Shown one piece after another: positions 25,900 to 40,056 of a DNA stretch of 64,000 nucleotides; position 1 is the first letter of the stretch, and the number at the start of each line of letters is the position of its first letter. The DNA is taken from assembly GCA_964016885.1 (NCBI GenBank), contig OZ024740.1, positions 42,284,001 through 42,348,000 on the forward strand. Reading direction: 5' to 3'. The notes below the pieces were generated by a model that saw nothing but the letters and a program-made list of their open reading frames with translations, was not told where the DNA came from and made no database searches. This DNA is from Eledone cirrhosa. Its lineage: Eukaryota. The translations under genes were made by a program, and so were the position numbers.

Positions 25900-27180
25900 A
25901 GGCGGTATCGGTAGAGCGTCGGACAACATGCTGAGTGGCATAGAGTTACGGCACTTTACGCTATGAGTTCAAATCCCGCCGAGGTTAGCTATGCCTTTCA
26001 TTCTTACGAGGTCGATAAAATAAAGCACCACTAATGCACTGAGGTCGATTTAATCGACTTTCCGCTCCTCCCAAATTGCTGACCCTGTGATTATGGTAGA
26101 GACTATTATTTCATAGATTGGCAGTATTGGTAGAGGGTCGGACGCTGTGCTTTGCAGCAAAGAGTTACGGCCCTTTATGGTCAGAGTTCAAATCCCGCCG
26201 AGGTTAAGTTTGCCTTTCATCCTTACGGGGTCGATAAAATAAAGTACCAGTAATATACTGGATAATTGCTGGCCTTGTGCCAAAAGTAGAAACAATTATT
26301 TCATATTACCGTACGATAATGAGTGGCCTAGAGGGTAATGGATTGACAGTATTGGTAGGGCATAAGACAACATGCTTTCGGCATATAGTTACGTCTCTTT
26401 ACTCTCTGAGTCTCGCCGAGGAACGCTTTGCGTGGTCGATAAAATGCACCAGTTACGCACTGGAGTCGATTTAATCGACTTTCCCGTCCCCAAAACATTG
26501 TTGGTCTTCTGCTTAAATCAGAAACCATTATTATGAGTGGTCGGTGGATTGGCAGTATCGGTAGAGAGTCGGACACCATGCTTTGAAGCATAGAGTTACG
26601 TCCCTTTATGATCTGACTTCAAATCCCGCCGAGGTTAACTTTGCCTTTCATCATTACGGGGTCGATAAAATAAAGTACCAGTAATGTACTGAGTAATTGC
26701 TGGCCTTGTGCCTAAAGTAGAAACAATTATTATGAGTGGCCTATAGGGCGATGGATTGACAGTATCGGTAGAGAGTCGGACACCAAGCTTTTAAAGCATA
26801 GAGTTACGCCCCTTTACGATCTGAGTTAAAATCCCGCAGAGGTTATCCTTTCATCCTTACGGGGTCAATAAAATAAAGCACCAGTAATGTACTGGGTCGA
26901 TTTAATTGACTTTCCCCTCCCCCAAATGACTGGCCTTGTGCCAAAAGTAGAAACAATTATTATGAGTGGCTTAAGGGTGGTGGATTGGTAGAGTCGTTAG
27001 AGAGTCAGACAAAAACTCTTAGAAGTATTTATTCCGGCATTCAGGTTCTGAGTTCAAATCCCGCCTAGGTCAACTTTGGCTTCCATCTTTCTGTGGTCGA
27101 TAATATAAAGTACCGAATTTAATCAGCCTTCATCTCCGCAAAATTGCTGACCTTGTGCCAAATTATAAATTATTATAAGT
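25900..27180 (+). mobile_element. Tandem array of ~6 SINE copies
   Basis: Consecutive units start at ~25900, 26115, 26330, 26540, 26745 and 26973, several joined by attattatgagtggc spacers. Confidence 0.9.
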
Positions 27181-27799
27181 AACTTATTATTTCCTTCTCT
27201 ATTGTCCTAATATAGGTATAAGCGATTTCAAAGTATATTTACTGGTCTACATACCAATTGTGTTGCAGTTGCTACACATAACATTCACGAAATGTAATTA
27301 TACATTATAATATACAGCATATAAGGCAATCCTTTCTGTGAATATGAATAAACCTAGATTTAATTGCAGAGGTGAAGTGACATAGAATATCCGGAACTAG
27401 GTCAAAGCTGATTGAAAAGCACTTTGATACTTAATAGTATATATTAGCACTATAAAATATAGTCAAAGAAAAGTAAATAGTAGAAAGAATGTGTGATTGT
27501 AATACCTAATGTGACTTAACAACAATGCAATTACGTTAATCCCAAATCACGATGTAAGATAACATTTTCTAAAGACATACAAATCGTTAAGTTTGTTTGA
27601 GTTAACCAGAAAACATGATCAGCGACTGGTTTATCACGATTTCTATTCTTCTGAATATTCTCGTGCTTAATCCAACTCTGTGACATTGAAGTTTCGACAG
27701 TTTAGTTGTCGAACATGGGCTCTGTAATCTGTATAGTAAGTCTAAATGCGAAGCCTGTCTGAAAAGTAACGGGACTGGTGTTACAAACAATTTATTTTA

Positions 27800-28610
27800 G
27801 TTCCAAACAACACACTACATGGTTTCCCTTTCAAAGTAATCCTCCTCGAGTCTAATGCACTTTTCCATCCTTCTCGGCCAGGCTTCTATGCACTGCTGGA
27901 AAAATTCTTCTGAGATGTCCCTCAACCCATTTCGCTATGACCCTCTTGGTGGACTCCACTTCTTCAAAACCGATCCATTTGATGACTCTTTTGATCTTGT
28001 CACACGGGGCAAGATCAAATAAATAACGAGGATTCTGAAGTACGGCGATGTTCTTCTCGGCCAGGAATTGCCGGATGCTTTGGTCATTATCAGCCGGCGA
28101 TCTTCCGCATGCCCACATCTTTGGGGATAATCTTCCAAACGCTGTCGTGGTTCATGTCCATCTCAGTTGTGATCAGTCAAACAGTCAGCCGACAATTACC
28201 ACACACCACCTGCCTCACGCGTTCAACGTTGGCCTCAGGCCTGATCATTGAAGTCTTCCCATTCCTTAGGTCGTCTTCCACGTCCTCGCATCCCTTTAAA
28301 TCTTCCATGAGCGTGACATCGTCTCATCTCCGTACACATGCTGCAGTGTTCCAAGTGTTTCTGAAGGAGTTTTTCCCAGCCGGACCAGAAACTTCAGGTT
28401 GGTTTGTTGCTTTGTGACCATCGCTCAATGACCTAAAATTGAGTAGCTGTTAACAAAAGCACACAAAAAAAAAACAACATACAATGGCTGCAGAGAGCTG
28501 AGATCGCAGTTAAATACTCTCCGAATATTACTTCACACGGCGACGAACTCACTAATCTCTACTCCACTCATAATTCACACTGTCCTGTTACTTTTCAGAC
28601 ACACCTCGTA
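27800..28610 (-). mobile_element. Mariner remnant related to the 51.3-54.0 kb element
   Basis: Fragments read SIRQFLAEKNIAVL..DLAPCD. The terminus ...cttttcagacacacctcg-TA resembles the cgaggtgtgtcagaaaagt TIR. Confidence 0.85.
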
Positions 28611-29409
28611 TAAACAATAAACAAATTATAGCATTCAATTGCATTTGTTCAAACAAAGATGCGACTATAACTAAGTTAAGTATAACGGGGAAAAGAATTG
28701 TCTATGAAATTGTCTTTTTCTAAGAATGCTGGTAAGAAACACGTGAAGCTAATGTTTGCAGTACTTAGCGATAAACGATTAGAATATACACGAACTAACA
28801 AAATAACTCCCTTACAAATAAACTATTATATTATAACATATTCCATTGCTATGTCAACTACGCTATACACTGGATAGTTGAAAAAAATTGTTTTAAAGAT
28901 AGAAACGAAAGCCATATTAGATGCTAAAAACTGATGGAAAAAAAGTGTAATTTTACGACAAACAATTAGTTACACAAGTACAAGTTTCCAGGGAAAAAAC
29001 AAACAACTTCGCCTCTGAGGAAATATGACTTTCATCAAAAATGATAACTATATTAGAAAAATAACAGTCGAGAACACTTGAGTAAAAACTAATAACAATC
29101 ACTTAAAAATTAAGAGATACAAATGAGAAACGTCTTCAGAATAAGAAATATAATGAATCCTGAAATCTGTTCCCCGTGGCAGCAGTTCTGCAATATTATC
29201 CTCGGGGCGCACCTGAGACATGCCGTCTGATTTTCATTATTTAATCTTTTTATTTTTTCCGGTTTATTTGGCGAAATATTTATGTAAATAAAATTTTGTA
29301 TTATTAAAAAAATCTGAAATTGTTCTTTAATGACATTAGAAGAGAAAAAACAGCAAATATGAGAAGCTGCTGTTCATGATAAATAGCAGCATAATTACTT
29401 TCCAGCATA

Positions 29410-29731
29410 ATTACGTCCCTTTACGATCTGAGTTCAAATCCCGCCGAGTTGACTTTGCCTTTCATCCTTACGGGGTCGATAAAATAAAGTACCAGTAATG
29501 CACTGGGTAATTGCTGGCCTTGTGCCAAAAGTAGAAACAATTATTAATATACCAGGGCGGTGGATTGGCAGTATCGGTAGAGAGTCGGATGCCATGCTTT
29601 GCAGCATAGTTACGTCCCGTTTCGATCTGAGTTCAAATACCGTCAAGGTTAACTTTGCCTTTTATCCTTACGGGGTCGATAAAATAAAGCACTAGTAATG
29701 CACTGTAATAATTGCTGGCCTTGTGCCAAAA
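29410..29731 (+). mobile_element. Two tandem SINE copies
   Basis: Family consensus; the first copy is 5'-truncated. Confidence 0.88.
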
Positions 29732-30224
29732 CAATATCACAGATATTTATGGCGATAGATTCGAAAAGAATTTGGGAAAACTAAAATATTGTGTGTTGAT
29801 ATAGAATGTGAACTTACCAACAACAAATCAAAAGAAAAAAACCAGAAAGTCGTAAATTAAATATCAAACAGATTGCTATAAAAAGAAGAGACGAAAATAC
29901 TAGCAAAGGCAAGATATTCAGAGGAATACGATCAACAGGCTAATTTCATGTTAGAATGTTCTCTAGAAATACTAGGTGCACATAAAATCCTCTGAAAGTA
30001 TTTCTTTAGCACCATTAGGTTCAAGATGGAGGAAAATAAAGGCAAACTAAAACCATTTAAGAGTTTGGAGAGAATTTGTAATATTTTCAGAGAAGAATCG
30101 AAAGAAGTCACAGTTCTTCAGGGTCTGTCTAATATTTTTCAACACCCAGCAAACATTGTCATCAGCTATTACGTTTCACCTTTTATACAATAAATACAGA
30201 TATAATTTTTCTCTTTGATATGTT

Positions 30225-30249
30225 TACAATATGTATATGTGTATGTACA

Positions 30250-30305
<56 letters not shown>

Positions 30306-30860
30306 TGTGTGTATGTGTGTGTGTATGTGTTTATTTGTGTGTATGTGTGTATAGATGTATGTGTATGTGTGTATAGATGTGAGTGTGTATGTTTATGTGT
30401 GTATATGTATATAAGTGTGTGTGTATGTGTGTGCGTGTGCTTGTTTGTGTATATGTATGTGTATGTATGTGTGTGTTTAGGTGTGACTGTGTATATGTAT
30501 ATAAGTGTGTGTGTATGTGTGTGCGTGTGCTTGTTTGTGTATATATGTATGTGTATGTGTGTGTGTATAGGTATGAGTGTGTATGTTTATGTGTGTGTAC
30601 ATGTATATAAGTGTGTGTGTATGTGTGTACGTGTGCTTATTTGTGTATATGTATGTGTATGTATGTGTATGTGTGTGTATAGGTGTGAGTATGTATGTTT
30701 ATGTGTGTATATGTATTTAAGTGTGTATGTATATAAGTGTGTATGTGTGTACGTGTGTATATGTATGTGTGTATGTGTATGTGTGTATGTGTGTGTGTTT
30801 ATGTTTGTATATAAATATGTGTGTGTATGTGTATATGCATGTGTGTGTATGTATGTGTCT
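30225..30860. repeat. Compound TG/TA-rich low-complexity array
   Basis: Imperfect higher-order repeat of TG/TATG blocks. Confidence 0.9.
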
Positions 30861-31148
30861 AGCCGGAGTAGATTCATTATTCTCACCACGACTATTTGTA
30901 ATATTTTTCACGTTGCAATATAAATAAATAAATAAATAAATATATATATATATATAAAACATGAGAAGAATGAATACTGTGTGGTTGCACATGGGTTACA
31001 TATGATAAAAATAGTCCTTCATCGGTGATTTTCCAACCTTCATATATTTATATATAAATTCAAAATATTAACAAAATAGATATTCTTGTGATCAATAATA
31101 GTCGTGGTGAGAATATATATATATATAAATATACATATATATACACAT

Positions 31149-31230
<82 letters not shown>

Positions 31231-31273
31231 GCACGCGCGCACACACACAAACACACACACACACACACACACG

Positions 31274-31323
<50 letters not shown>

Positions 31324-32689
31324 TTACACACATACACACGGGTATATACGTATATAAATGTTTTATTCAGTTCAAGAATATTTTTTAATATTTTCCCTGC
31401 GGTATAACATTTAAAAGAGTTTAGAAATATTAAAAAATTCATCATATTTTTCCAAGTATTAAATATTAATGCTTAACTTTAACTGAATAAAAAATACACA
31501 AGAACAAATCCAATCAATTATAACTATAGCTAAACTTATAAAAAGAACAGTTTTATATCTAAATTGTAAAGATTTCAAATTTTATAACATTTCATGTTTT
31601 GTCTTCGTCTTTAAATAAAAACCAAAGACTGAGATAGTGTAACGTTTCCAATACACTTCTCATTTCAATACTGTGAATAATTACATGCTTTGATATTGAT
31701 AATATTGTTCAGAATACACTTTGCTTGGGGTCAAATTTGTTTGCCATTCTTCCGACGTCGGTAAAACATAAAGAGACCTGTTCGGGTGTTGTAATGGCAG
31801 AAGTGTTAGCATCTCGGATGGCAAGCCTATGGTACTTGCTGCAGCTGTTTGTCTCGAACTTTTGAAGACTTAATCTCTTATCAATTTTAACGCCTTCACC
31901 CGGCCCTTGGATGCCTTTAGTGGGGTTTACACGTTTTTATAACTGTTCTCAGTTATAGACGCCGTGTTTCCTCACTCTTACTGTACTGCAATAAATAAAT
32001 GAATGAATAAATAAATAAATAAAATAAATAGATAAAATAAATGAATAAATAAATGAAATAAATAAATGAATAAATAAATGAATAAATAAATAAATACATT
32101 GTCCCCGAGGGATATTGGGCTTGTTTCATAACAGAAAGACAGTTAGAATTGAAATGAAAGATAGAGAAATTTGAGATAAGAAAGGGGGTGAAATATTTGT
32201 AAAGTTCATCCATACAATTACATAACACATAAGCCATAGGACTGCATAAGACTGAGAGGTTATAGAGTGATGTAACGAGCTTGACAAAATTGAAATTCCT
32301 TCTCAAATCAATACAAACATTTATGTTTTGTTATCACACAAGGATAAGATCCTAAATTACAACCTTAGTGGGTTGGGCGGAAGGTGCGCTAGTTCGTACG
32401 TTTGAGAAAATTGGTAATATTCAAACGTCTGTACCATTTGAATTGATGCAGCCATGTGAATATATAGGATGTCATTGGCTTTTAGATGAAGATTTACAAC
32501 AGTATTTGAAATTTTTCATCTCTATTAGGTATTACGATTATGATAGCAATTTAAATTCTTTCAAATTATGTTAGTTTAGTGATAATAAACAAGTGGTCAA
32601 GAAACACTCTTTAAATGTAATATCAAAATATAATTATATAATGCTTATTATAAAGATTACACTCCTAAATCCTGATTTCTCATTTAGGC

Positions 32690-32890
32690 ACAACGTCAAT
32701 ATGTTTTTTAGGGGAAGTCAATTAAATCGACCCCAGTTTGTTATTGGTACTTTATTTTATCAACCCTGTAAGGATGAAAGGCAAAGCTAACATCGGTGGG
32801 ATTTGAACTCAGCACGTAAAGGGCCGTAACTATATGTCAGAGAGCCTGCTGACTGTCGCTCTAACGATACTGACACTCCTTCGCCTTTAC
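32690..32890 (-). mobile_element. Diverged SINE copy
   Basis: Reverse complement of the family consensus (ggtactttattttatc..gtaaggatgaaaggcaaag..gggatttgaactcag). Confidence 0.8.
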
Positions 32891-33784
32891 ACTCCCAAAT
32901 CATAAAAGATCCCCAGGAGCCAACATTTCAAGTGTAGGGTGATTGATATCGTTGTAAACCTTACCGTAGAATAGCGCTAGATTGGTGTTAGCTTGGACTT
33001 GTAGAGAATTTCAGATAAAGAAGATGATATAGATGATCACGAAGAGCCATGTTACCCCGAGAACAGTAGTTGATTGTATGATCAGTATCGTTGTAAACTA
33101 TACTGTATTATACCGGTCGCTCTCCGACAGGTTTGCGGTCCCTTGGAAGTGGAGACTTCCGGTGTCCTCGGCCCTAGGGCTACCTCCCTACTCACAACCA
33201 TAGGTGCTGAGCTGGCCAGCCGCAGGAGTAAGCCTCTTGAGCTGGAATAGCTTTTCTAACGCGTCTTCCTTGCCTTCCTCCGGGGAAACGCCTTCTCCAT
33301 TCTGTCCGCCGTGGCTGTGGGGAGGCCACCGATATGATTGACTGACTTGTCATTTTATTAGTAATAACTTATTGATCTATTGATAAGGGTGAGTTATAAG
33401 TGATGGCATTCCTAATACTATTATAGCGATGGATTGTTGGCCTTGTTGAGAATTTCAGAAAAACAATTGATGTAGATAATAATGAAAAACCTTGCCACTC
33501 CAAGAACAGAAATGAATCTTAACATTGGTTTTAGTCTCATGTTAATGATATATTAGATGCCATTATAAGCAAAGAATATGACTTACTTCATTACTGTTGA
33601 CAGTGGAGAACTGTTTAGCCTACAGCATAGGAACACTGGATGACTATGATCTTATACGTTTCTGGTATAGGTTCGATTGAATTGACTTAGGGCGGTAGTA
33701 ATCTGTCCGTAAGAACGATTTAAATCCATGCGTTAGGGTTAATGGCATTGGCGTGGGTAGCAGTCAAGGTAGTAACTATAAAAT

Positions 33785-33990
33785 AGTTAGATTTCTTCAG
33801 ACTTCTAGTAACTGGTAATAGACAGGAAGCTAGACCTCTTCGGATTTCTAGTAACTGGTAAGAGACAGGAAGCTAGACCTCTTTAGATTTCTACTACCTG
33901 GTAAGAGATGGTTAGACTTCGTCTGACATCTAGTAACTGGTAAGAGACATGAAGTTAGAGTTCTTCAGTCTTCTAGTAACTGATAAGGAA
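33785..33990. repeat. ~37-43-bp minisatellite (~5 copies)
   Basis: Repeated unit gttaga..cttcagacttctagtaactggtaagagacaggaa. Confidence 0.85.
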
Positions 33991-34199
33991 TAGAGTGATT
34001 GACCTCAGTTAAACTGGGATCATGCAATAGCCCAGAAGCGCAGCTGTTAGGTTTTCTTTCCTTATAGCTGAGATAGCTGTGACATGTTCCCATTCACAGT
34101 TTATTAAAAAAATCCATGCGTATCTTAAATGTTTTTTATATGACGCAAACATATCGTAATAGCTTCCATACACAACTCTATTACGGTTCACGCTATGTC

Positions 34200-35060
34200 A
34201 GTGCTAATATTAATGTTTAACTATGTTAATCATTGGTTTAACCATCCTACGACTATCACTAGCTCCATTGTTAAAAAAATATATCCCTTAGGATCTCCAG
34301 ATTGTTTACCTCTGAATCCTCTTTCAGCACACGCCGACTACTACAATGCTACTTAGGGCTGGTTATGATGAACCGCTAAAATTTCTTCCAGATACATCGT
34401 GCGGAGGGAATCCAACCACCCCAATAGGAAAACATCACAAGAATACTACACAAAATTTGCAAATTTAAACAGCAACGACTTAAAGCCCCACAGTGGTGAG
34501 GCAAATAATAATTCTGCAAATAAGAAAACACCAAGGAGGTCCCGCACAAAATCATACCTGTGGTATAATCTCCCGCACAACAATCTGGTAACTACTAAGC
34601 TATCCTATCTCTTCTTCAAACTTATAGAAGAACACTTTCCTTCAACACACAAATTCCATAAAATAGAGGCACGATTCCACTATCATATTCCACCACAGCT
34701 AACCTGGCCAATTTCATCATGAAATTGAATAACAAGCGCCCCGCAGGTACTGGGGATATATAAATAAGTGGGTTCCACTTCGAATATTTTCAAAAAAAGA
34801 TAGTATGCCCACACCCACACGTTTAAAAAACCCCAGTCTAGCTAGACTTACAGCCCTGGCAAAAGAATCTGGGATCTGAAACGCGCTAATATTGAATACA
34901 CACTACAATGGTCCGTGCTAAAACTCGCAAGTCCATACCGCAATGATCTATGTTTGGCGGAAGTAATCGAAATAGCGACCGGAAGGACCTTGTAAATTCC
35001 CGGTACGATAGGATATTTAATTGCAAACACAAGGTTCTAAAAACCTTCGCTAAATACAAA
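34200..35060 (+). pseudogene. Decayed PLE C-terminal/GIY-YIG region
   Basis: RRSRTKSYLWYNLPH...FFKLIEEHFPSTHKFHKI and IEYTLQWSVLKLASPY resemble the better-preserved copy at 57.3-58.2 kb. Confidence 0.7.
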
Positions 35061-35259
35061 CTGGACTAGAACAAGATTCGATCCCTAATACCATGTTTGT
35101 TCTTCTTTCCCTGTTAGTTGGCTAACAGAGAACGAAGGACAAACACAGACAGAGATATGAACTCTCCTCTCTAAATATATATGTAAACATTTATACATTT
35201 TCTTCCCCTTTTTATTATTATTATTTGTATAAATATGGAACTTAACTATATTATGCATA

Positions 35260-35484
35260 TCCGCAGTTGACAATGCATATAATGATGAAACCAGCGGTGG
35301 ATTGTCAGTATCGGTAGAGGGTCGGACGCCATGCTTTCTAGCATAGTTACGTCCCTTTACGGTCTGAGTTCAAATCCCGCCGAGGTTGACTTTGCCTTTC
35401 ATCCTTACGGGGTCGATAAAATAAAGTATCAGTAATGCACTGGTTAATTGCTGGCCTAAAGTAGAAACAATTATTAAATGCGGA
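35260..35484 (+). ncRNA. Hammerhead (U3:A8 variant) interrupted by a SINE in stem III
   Basis: tccgcag-TTGACAA-tgcatataatgat-GAAA-ccag-[SINE ~35295-35476]-atgcgga, with stem I tccgca/tgcgga. It sits 3' of the GIY-YIG remnant. Confidence 0.55.
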
Positions 35485-35621
35485 AATATCCACTTTATAA
35501 ATAAATAAATGTTTTGATATTATACTGAAAGAATCTCTTCAGCATTTTCTATTGAAAAAAATCTTTTTCCTTTCTACTATTTGTTTTTATATATATCAAC
35601 TTGTGTGTTACTTTTCTACAT

Positions 35622-36238
<617 letters not shown>

Positions 36239-36290
36239 TTTTCTCTATACCCACTGTTTTGTATAGAAACTTACTTCCCTTTTGTAATAT

Positions 36291-37462
36291 ATACATGGTG
36301 GCTGCCAACTCGTTTTCGAGTACGGCCACTACTTTATATCCATGTAGGAGAACCCCTAGCGATGCGCTGAACAAGTGTGACCTTTTAGTCCAGCCAGCGA
36401 CTTGAAAACTCTGGTACAAACACTACACTTGTGACAATTATTGACACATAGTGCTGGGCCCATGGTACCATGTGATGACAAGTGCAGAGAGATCTCCAGA
36501 TATAAAGCAATGCCTGTGCCGTGAAGCTTTTATAGTAAGCAAAGGCATTGCACAAAGCCAGTCCCACTCTCTTAACCAAGATGATATTTACCAAAAAGAA
36601 GAACAAGTCAACATCATTGGATACCATCAGAGTCGCAGGTGTTATATCAGAGTTTTCCTTCTCCTAGAATTCTGCCTTGACAAAGGCTAAGGGGTCATCT
36701 CTCCCGGTGATTTTGGATGGCCATTGACTCTTAAGAGCTCCTTTGCCCTTTGATAGGTTTTGTTTTTAGTCCTGCAGGATGTCCAAAGTCACCCACCTCA
36801 CCAAGAAACCTTGGTGGGGTTGCCAGTTTAGTCGCCAACGACCCGACCATGGACAGGTTGTACTGAATACATACATACACACATACATACATACATATAT
36901 ACATACATGGTGGCTGCCAACTCGTTTTCGAGTACGGCCACTACTTTATATCCATATAGGAGAACCCCTACCGATGCGCCGAACGGGTGTGACTTTTTAG
37001 TCCAGCCAACGACTTGAAAACTCTGGAACAAACACTACACTTGTGACAATTATTGACACATAGTGCTGGGCCCATGGTACCATGTGACGACAAGTGCAGA
37101 GAGATCTCCAGATATAAAGCAATGCCTGTGCCGTGAAGCTTTTATAGTGAGCAAAGGCACTGCACAAAGCCAGTCCCACTCTCTTAACCAAGATGATATT
37201 TACCAAAAAGAAGAACAAGTCAACATCATTGGATACCATCAGAGTCGCAGGTGTTATATCAGAGTTTTCCTTCTCCTAGAATTCTGCCTTGACAAAGGCT
37301 AAGGGGTCATCTCTCCCGGTGATTTTGGATGGCCATTGACTCTTAAGAGCTCCTTTGCCCTTTGACAGGTTTTGTTTTTAGTCCTGCAGGATGTCCAAAG
37401 TCACCCTCCTCACCAAGAAACCTTGGTGGGGTTGCCAGTTTAGTCGCCAACGACCCGACCAT
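36291..37462 (-). mobile_element. Two tandem ~560-bp non-autonomous RTE-like elements (612-bp period) in (TATG)n
   Basis: Near-identical units at 36291-36850 and 36903-37462. The head has RTE-type 5'UTR words (ggcgactaaactggcaacccca; aggagaaggaaaactctg) and the tail matches 14337-14411. No RT coding. Confidence 0.75.
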
Positions 37463-37481
37463 ATATACATACATACATACA

Positions 37482-37515
<34 letters not shown>

Positions 37516-37709
37516 ACAGGTTTAAATGAGCATCGTGTATATTGTTTTATTTTAAGATGACCTCCGTTTACCCTTTTGGGGACAGCGTGTATTTTATCTT
37601 TGAGAGGACTGCTGGATTTTCTAATCTACCAGTCTCTTCTTAGCGCGAAGGGAGACGATCACCATTCTATTAATGTCGATATAATTCTTATATCGATATT
37701 ATTTGGGCA

Positions 37710-37833
37710 TCCACTGATGAGTTTATAAGAGCCCGCTTGTGTATAAAACTATGGATTATATACAAGTTTCTACATAACCTGGAAATTATTTATCCCAAAT
37801 TGTAGAAATCTTATAACGAAACGGCCGTCTGGA
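37710..37833 (+). ncRNA. Type I hammerhead ribozyme with extended stem II
   Basis: tcca-CTGATGA-gtttataaga[~78 nt]tcttataac-GAAA-cggccg-TC-tgga. Stem III is the palindrome ACGGCCGT and the triplet is GUC. Confidence 0.82.
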
Positions 37834-38011
37834 AGGAAAGAGATATTTATTTAATAATGTCTCATATAAAATAATACAACCAGCTATCCACGAAATACTG
37901 ATTAGTTAGCACCCCAAACACTAAATTGGGATAATACTTAAGTATATTCTAATGTTTGTTGAGTGAGATGGAGTTGGTCAGAGTATTGCTTAAGGCCTTC
38001 TCTGTTTATGT

Positions 38012-38112
<101 letters not shown>

Positions 38113-38303
38113 GTGAGGTTTTATTTTTACAAATTGAAAAATAACCGAGGTGCCCTACACGAGTGAAAGTATAAGGAAAAAGAGATGAAATCGAAAATGC
38201 AACTGGAGTCTTATTCTTTTAAAAAATATATATATTTATTTGGTTCCTTTACCGGTTTCGCAGTTCTTCTGCTTTTCAAAAGTAGAGTTGAGATAGAGGG
38301 TTG

Positions 38304-38536
<233 letters not shown>

Positions 38537-39603
38537 TAATCCTTTATTATAGTCATAATAAAGGTTTATTTAAACTATTCTTCAGCATTCAGTAGTCTTT
38601 CCTCTCATCTGTGTAAGTGGTTGTGTGTTGTGGGTTCCGATGATCAGCGTTGCTGTTGTTTGATCATCGGAATAGCTTGCATTTTGATATCAACAATTAA
38701 ATGGCTTAGCATTCTCCAGATACATTTACCCTTAATATAATTCTCAGGGAGATTCAGCGTAACAACCTGTGACAAGATTAGCTTTTTGAATCATAGTGTT
38801 TGCTTAAGGAAAAACCTCACCATAATGTTTGATATTCCTGTTGAAATATAGAGAAATAAAACGAACAATATGTACCCAATTTAATACAATTGACCACTTT
38901 TCATACGTTACGAAATTATTTTTTTTTGTATAAGGAATTTGTTTACAATCTCAATTAAATAATTCTTTCTAAATTTGTTTCAAGACCAGCTACTTGAGGC
39001 AAGAGGACGGTCGATTATACAGACCTGATTATATAACTGGTACTTTATTTTTTCGACACTCTAGCGATTCTGCCAATCTCCCGCTCTAAATTGCAACTAA
39101 ATAATAACGCTTTGATAAATGTTATAGTCACATATTCAGTGAAGAAATAATAGACTAAAAACGAACTAAATAAAACTGTATCTTAATGTCAGTGGTATCT
39201 GACTAGCTAGCCTGTAGACTATTTCTGCAACAAGTCTCACAGCCATATCTTCATCCTGGTATCGGTATCTCACATAATCGAATATAAAATATCCGGAACG
39301 GCAGTGATCATCTAATGTAACTGTTAATCAAAAACCATTTTAGAATAGCTGAAATTAGATTTTTGTTAAAAAAAACAAAAAAGTAACGAAATCTTTTATA
39401 TTTTGAGAATTATTATCAGTTGAGTGTCAGAAACACTACATCACTCGTATAAATACTAGTTTCTAGTTTCTTCTTAATTCAGAGTTCAAATACAATCGAA
39501 GTAAACTTTGCTCTTCTGTAGTTGACATATGAATGAAACCACTTAACCTGCTAGAAATAGCAGTGTCATCTTTTTTTTTGCTCTCTCCTTCACCCTCACC
39601 CTC

Positions 39604-39670
<67 letters not shown>

Positions 39671-39831
39671 CTACACACACACACATATATATATATATAT
39701 TTATATATGTAGGAGGTGAGTAATATTGTAGAACAATAAAACTATGCATATCAGATAAGTAGCACTCAACAGTTGGTAGAACTGGAGTATATATAAAGAA
39801 GAAATTAAAAGATATTTTAAAAAGTTCCATA

Positions 39832-39901
39832 TATTTTATTATGCGCATTTCGAAAACAACATCATCCTGGAACAAAAATTGTCTTCTCATCAGATAAAAT
39901 A
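39832..39901 (-). ncRNA. Type I hammerhead ribozyme (left arm of fold-back)
   Basis: tattttat-CTGATGA-gaagacaa...ttgttttc-GAAA-tgcgca-TA-ataaaata. Stem III is the palindrome ATGCGCAT. Confidence 0.85.
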
Positions 39902-39986
39902 AGGTAACATGATATGAGGCCTAACAACATGAAGACTGCACACTTTCTTGTTCACAAGTGTTTTTAGGCCTCATATCATGTTACTT

Positions 39987-40056
39987 TATTTTATCTGATG
40001 AGAACACAATTTTTGTCCCAGGATGATGTTGTTTTTGAAATGCGCATAATAAAATA
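39987..40056 (+). ncRNA. Type I hammerhead ribozyme (right arm of fold-back)
   Basis: tattttat-CTGATGA-gaacacaa...ttgttttt-GAAA-tgcgca-TA-ataaaata. A 3'-half fragment of this family also lies at ~54093-54170 (-). Confidence 0.82.

Noticed and set aside
25900-27180. Repeat-spacer pattern as a CRISPR array or tRNA cluster
   Set aside because: The units are ~190-bp dispersed SINEs. There are no cas genes and no complete cloverleaf, and the context is eukaryotic.
30231-31445. Long CV/HT/YI-repeat ORFs here and at 3.2, 4.5, 38.3, 49.8 and 62.7 kb
   Set aside because: They are translations of stop-free microsatellites, not genes.
33110-33335. GC-rich 220-bp insert
   Set aside because: Probably a LINE fragment, but no motif or boundary supports a call.
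39165-39325. Minus-strand open frame (LDDHCRSGYFIFDYVRY...) as a host exon; similar candidates at 22.6-22.8 kb and 25.45-25.53 kb
   Set aside because: Short, with no recognisable homology, and they cannot be linked in phase.
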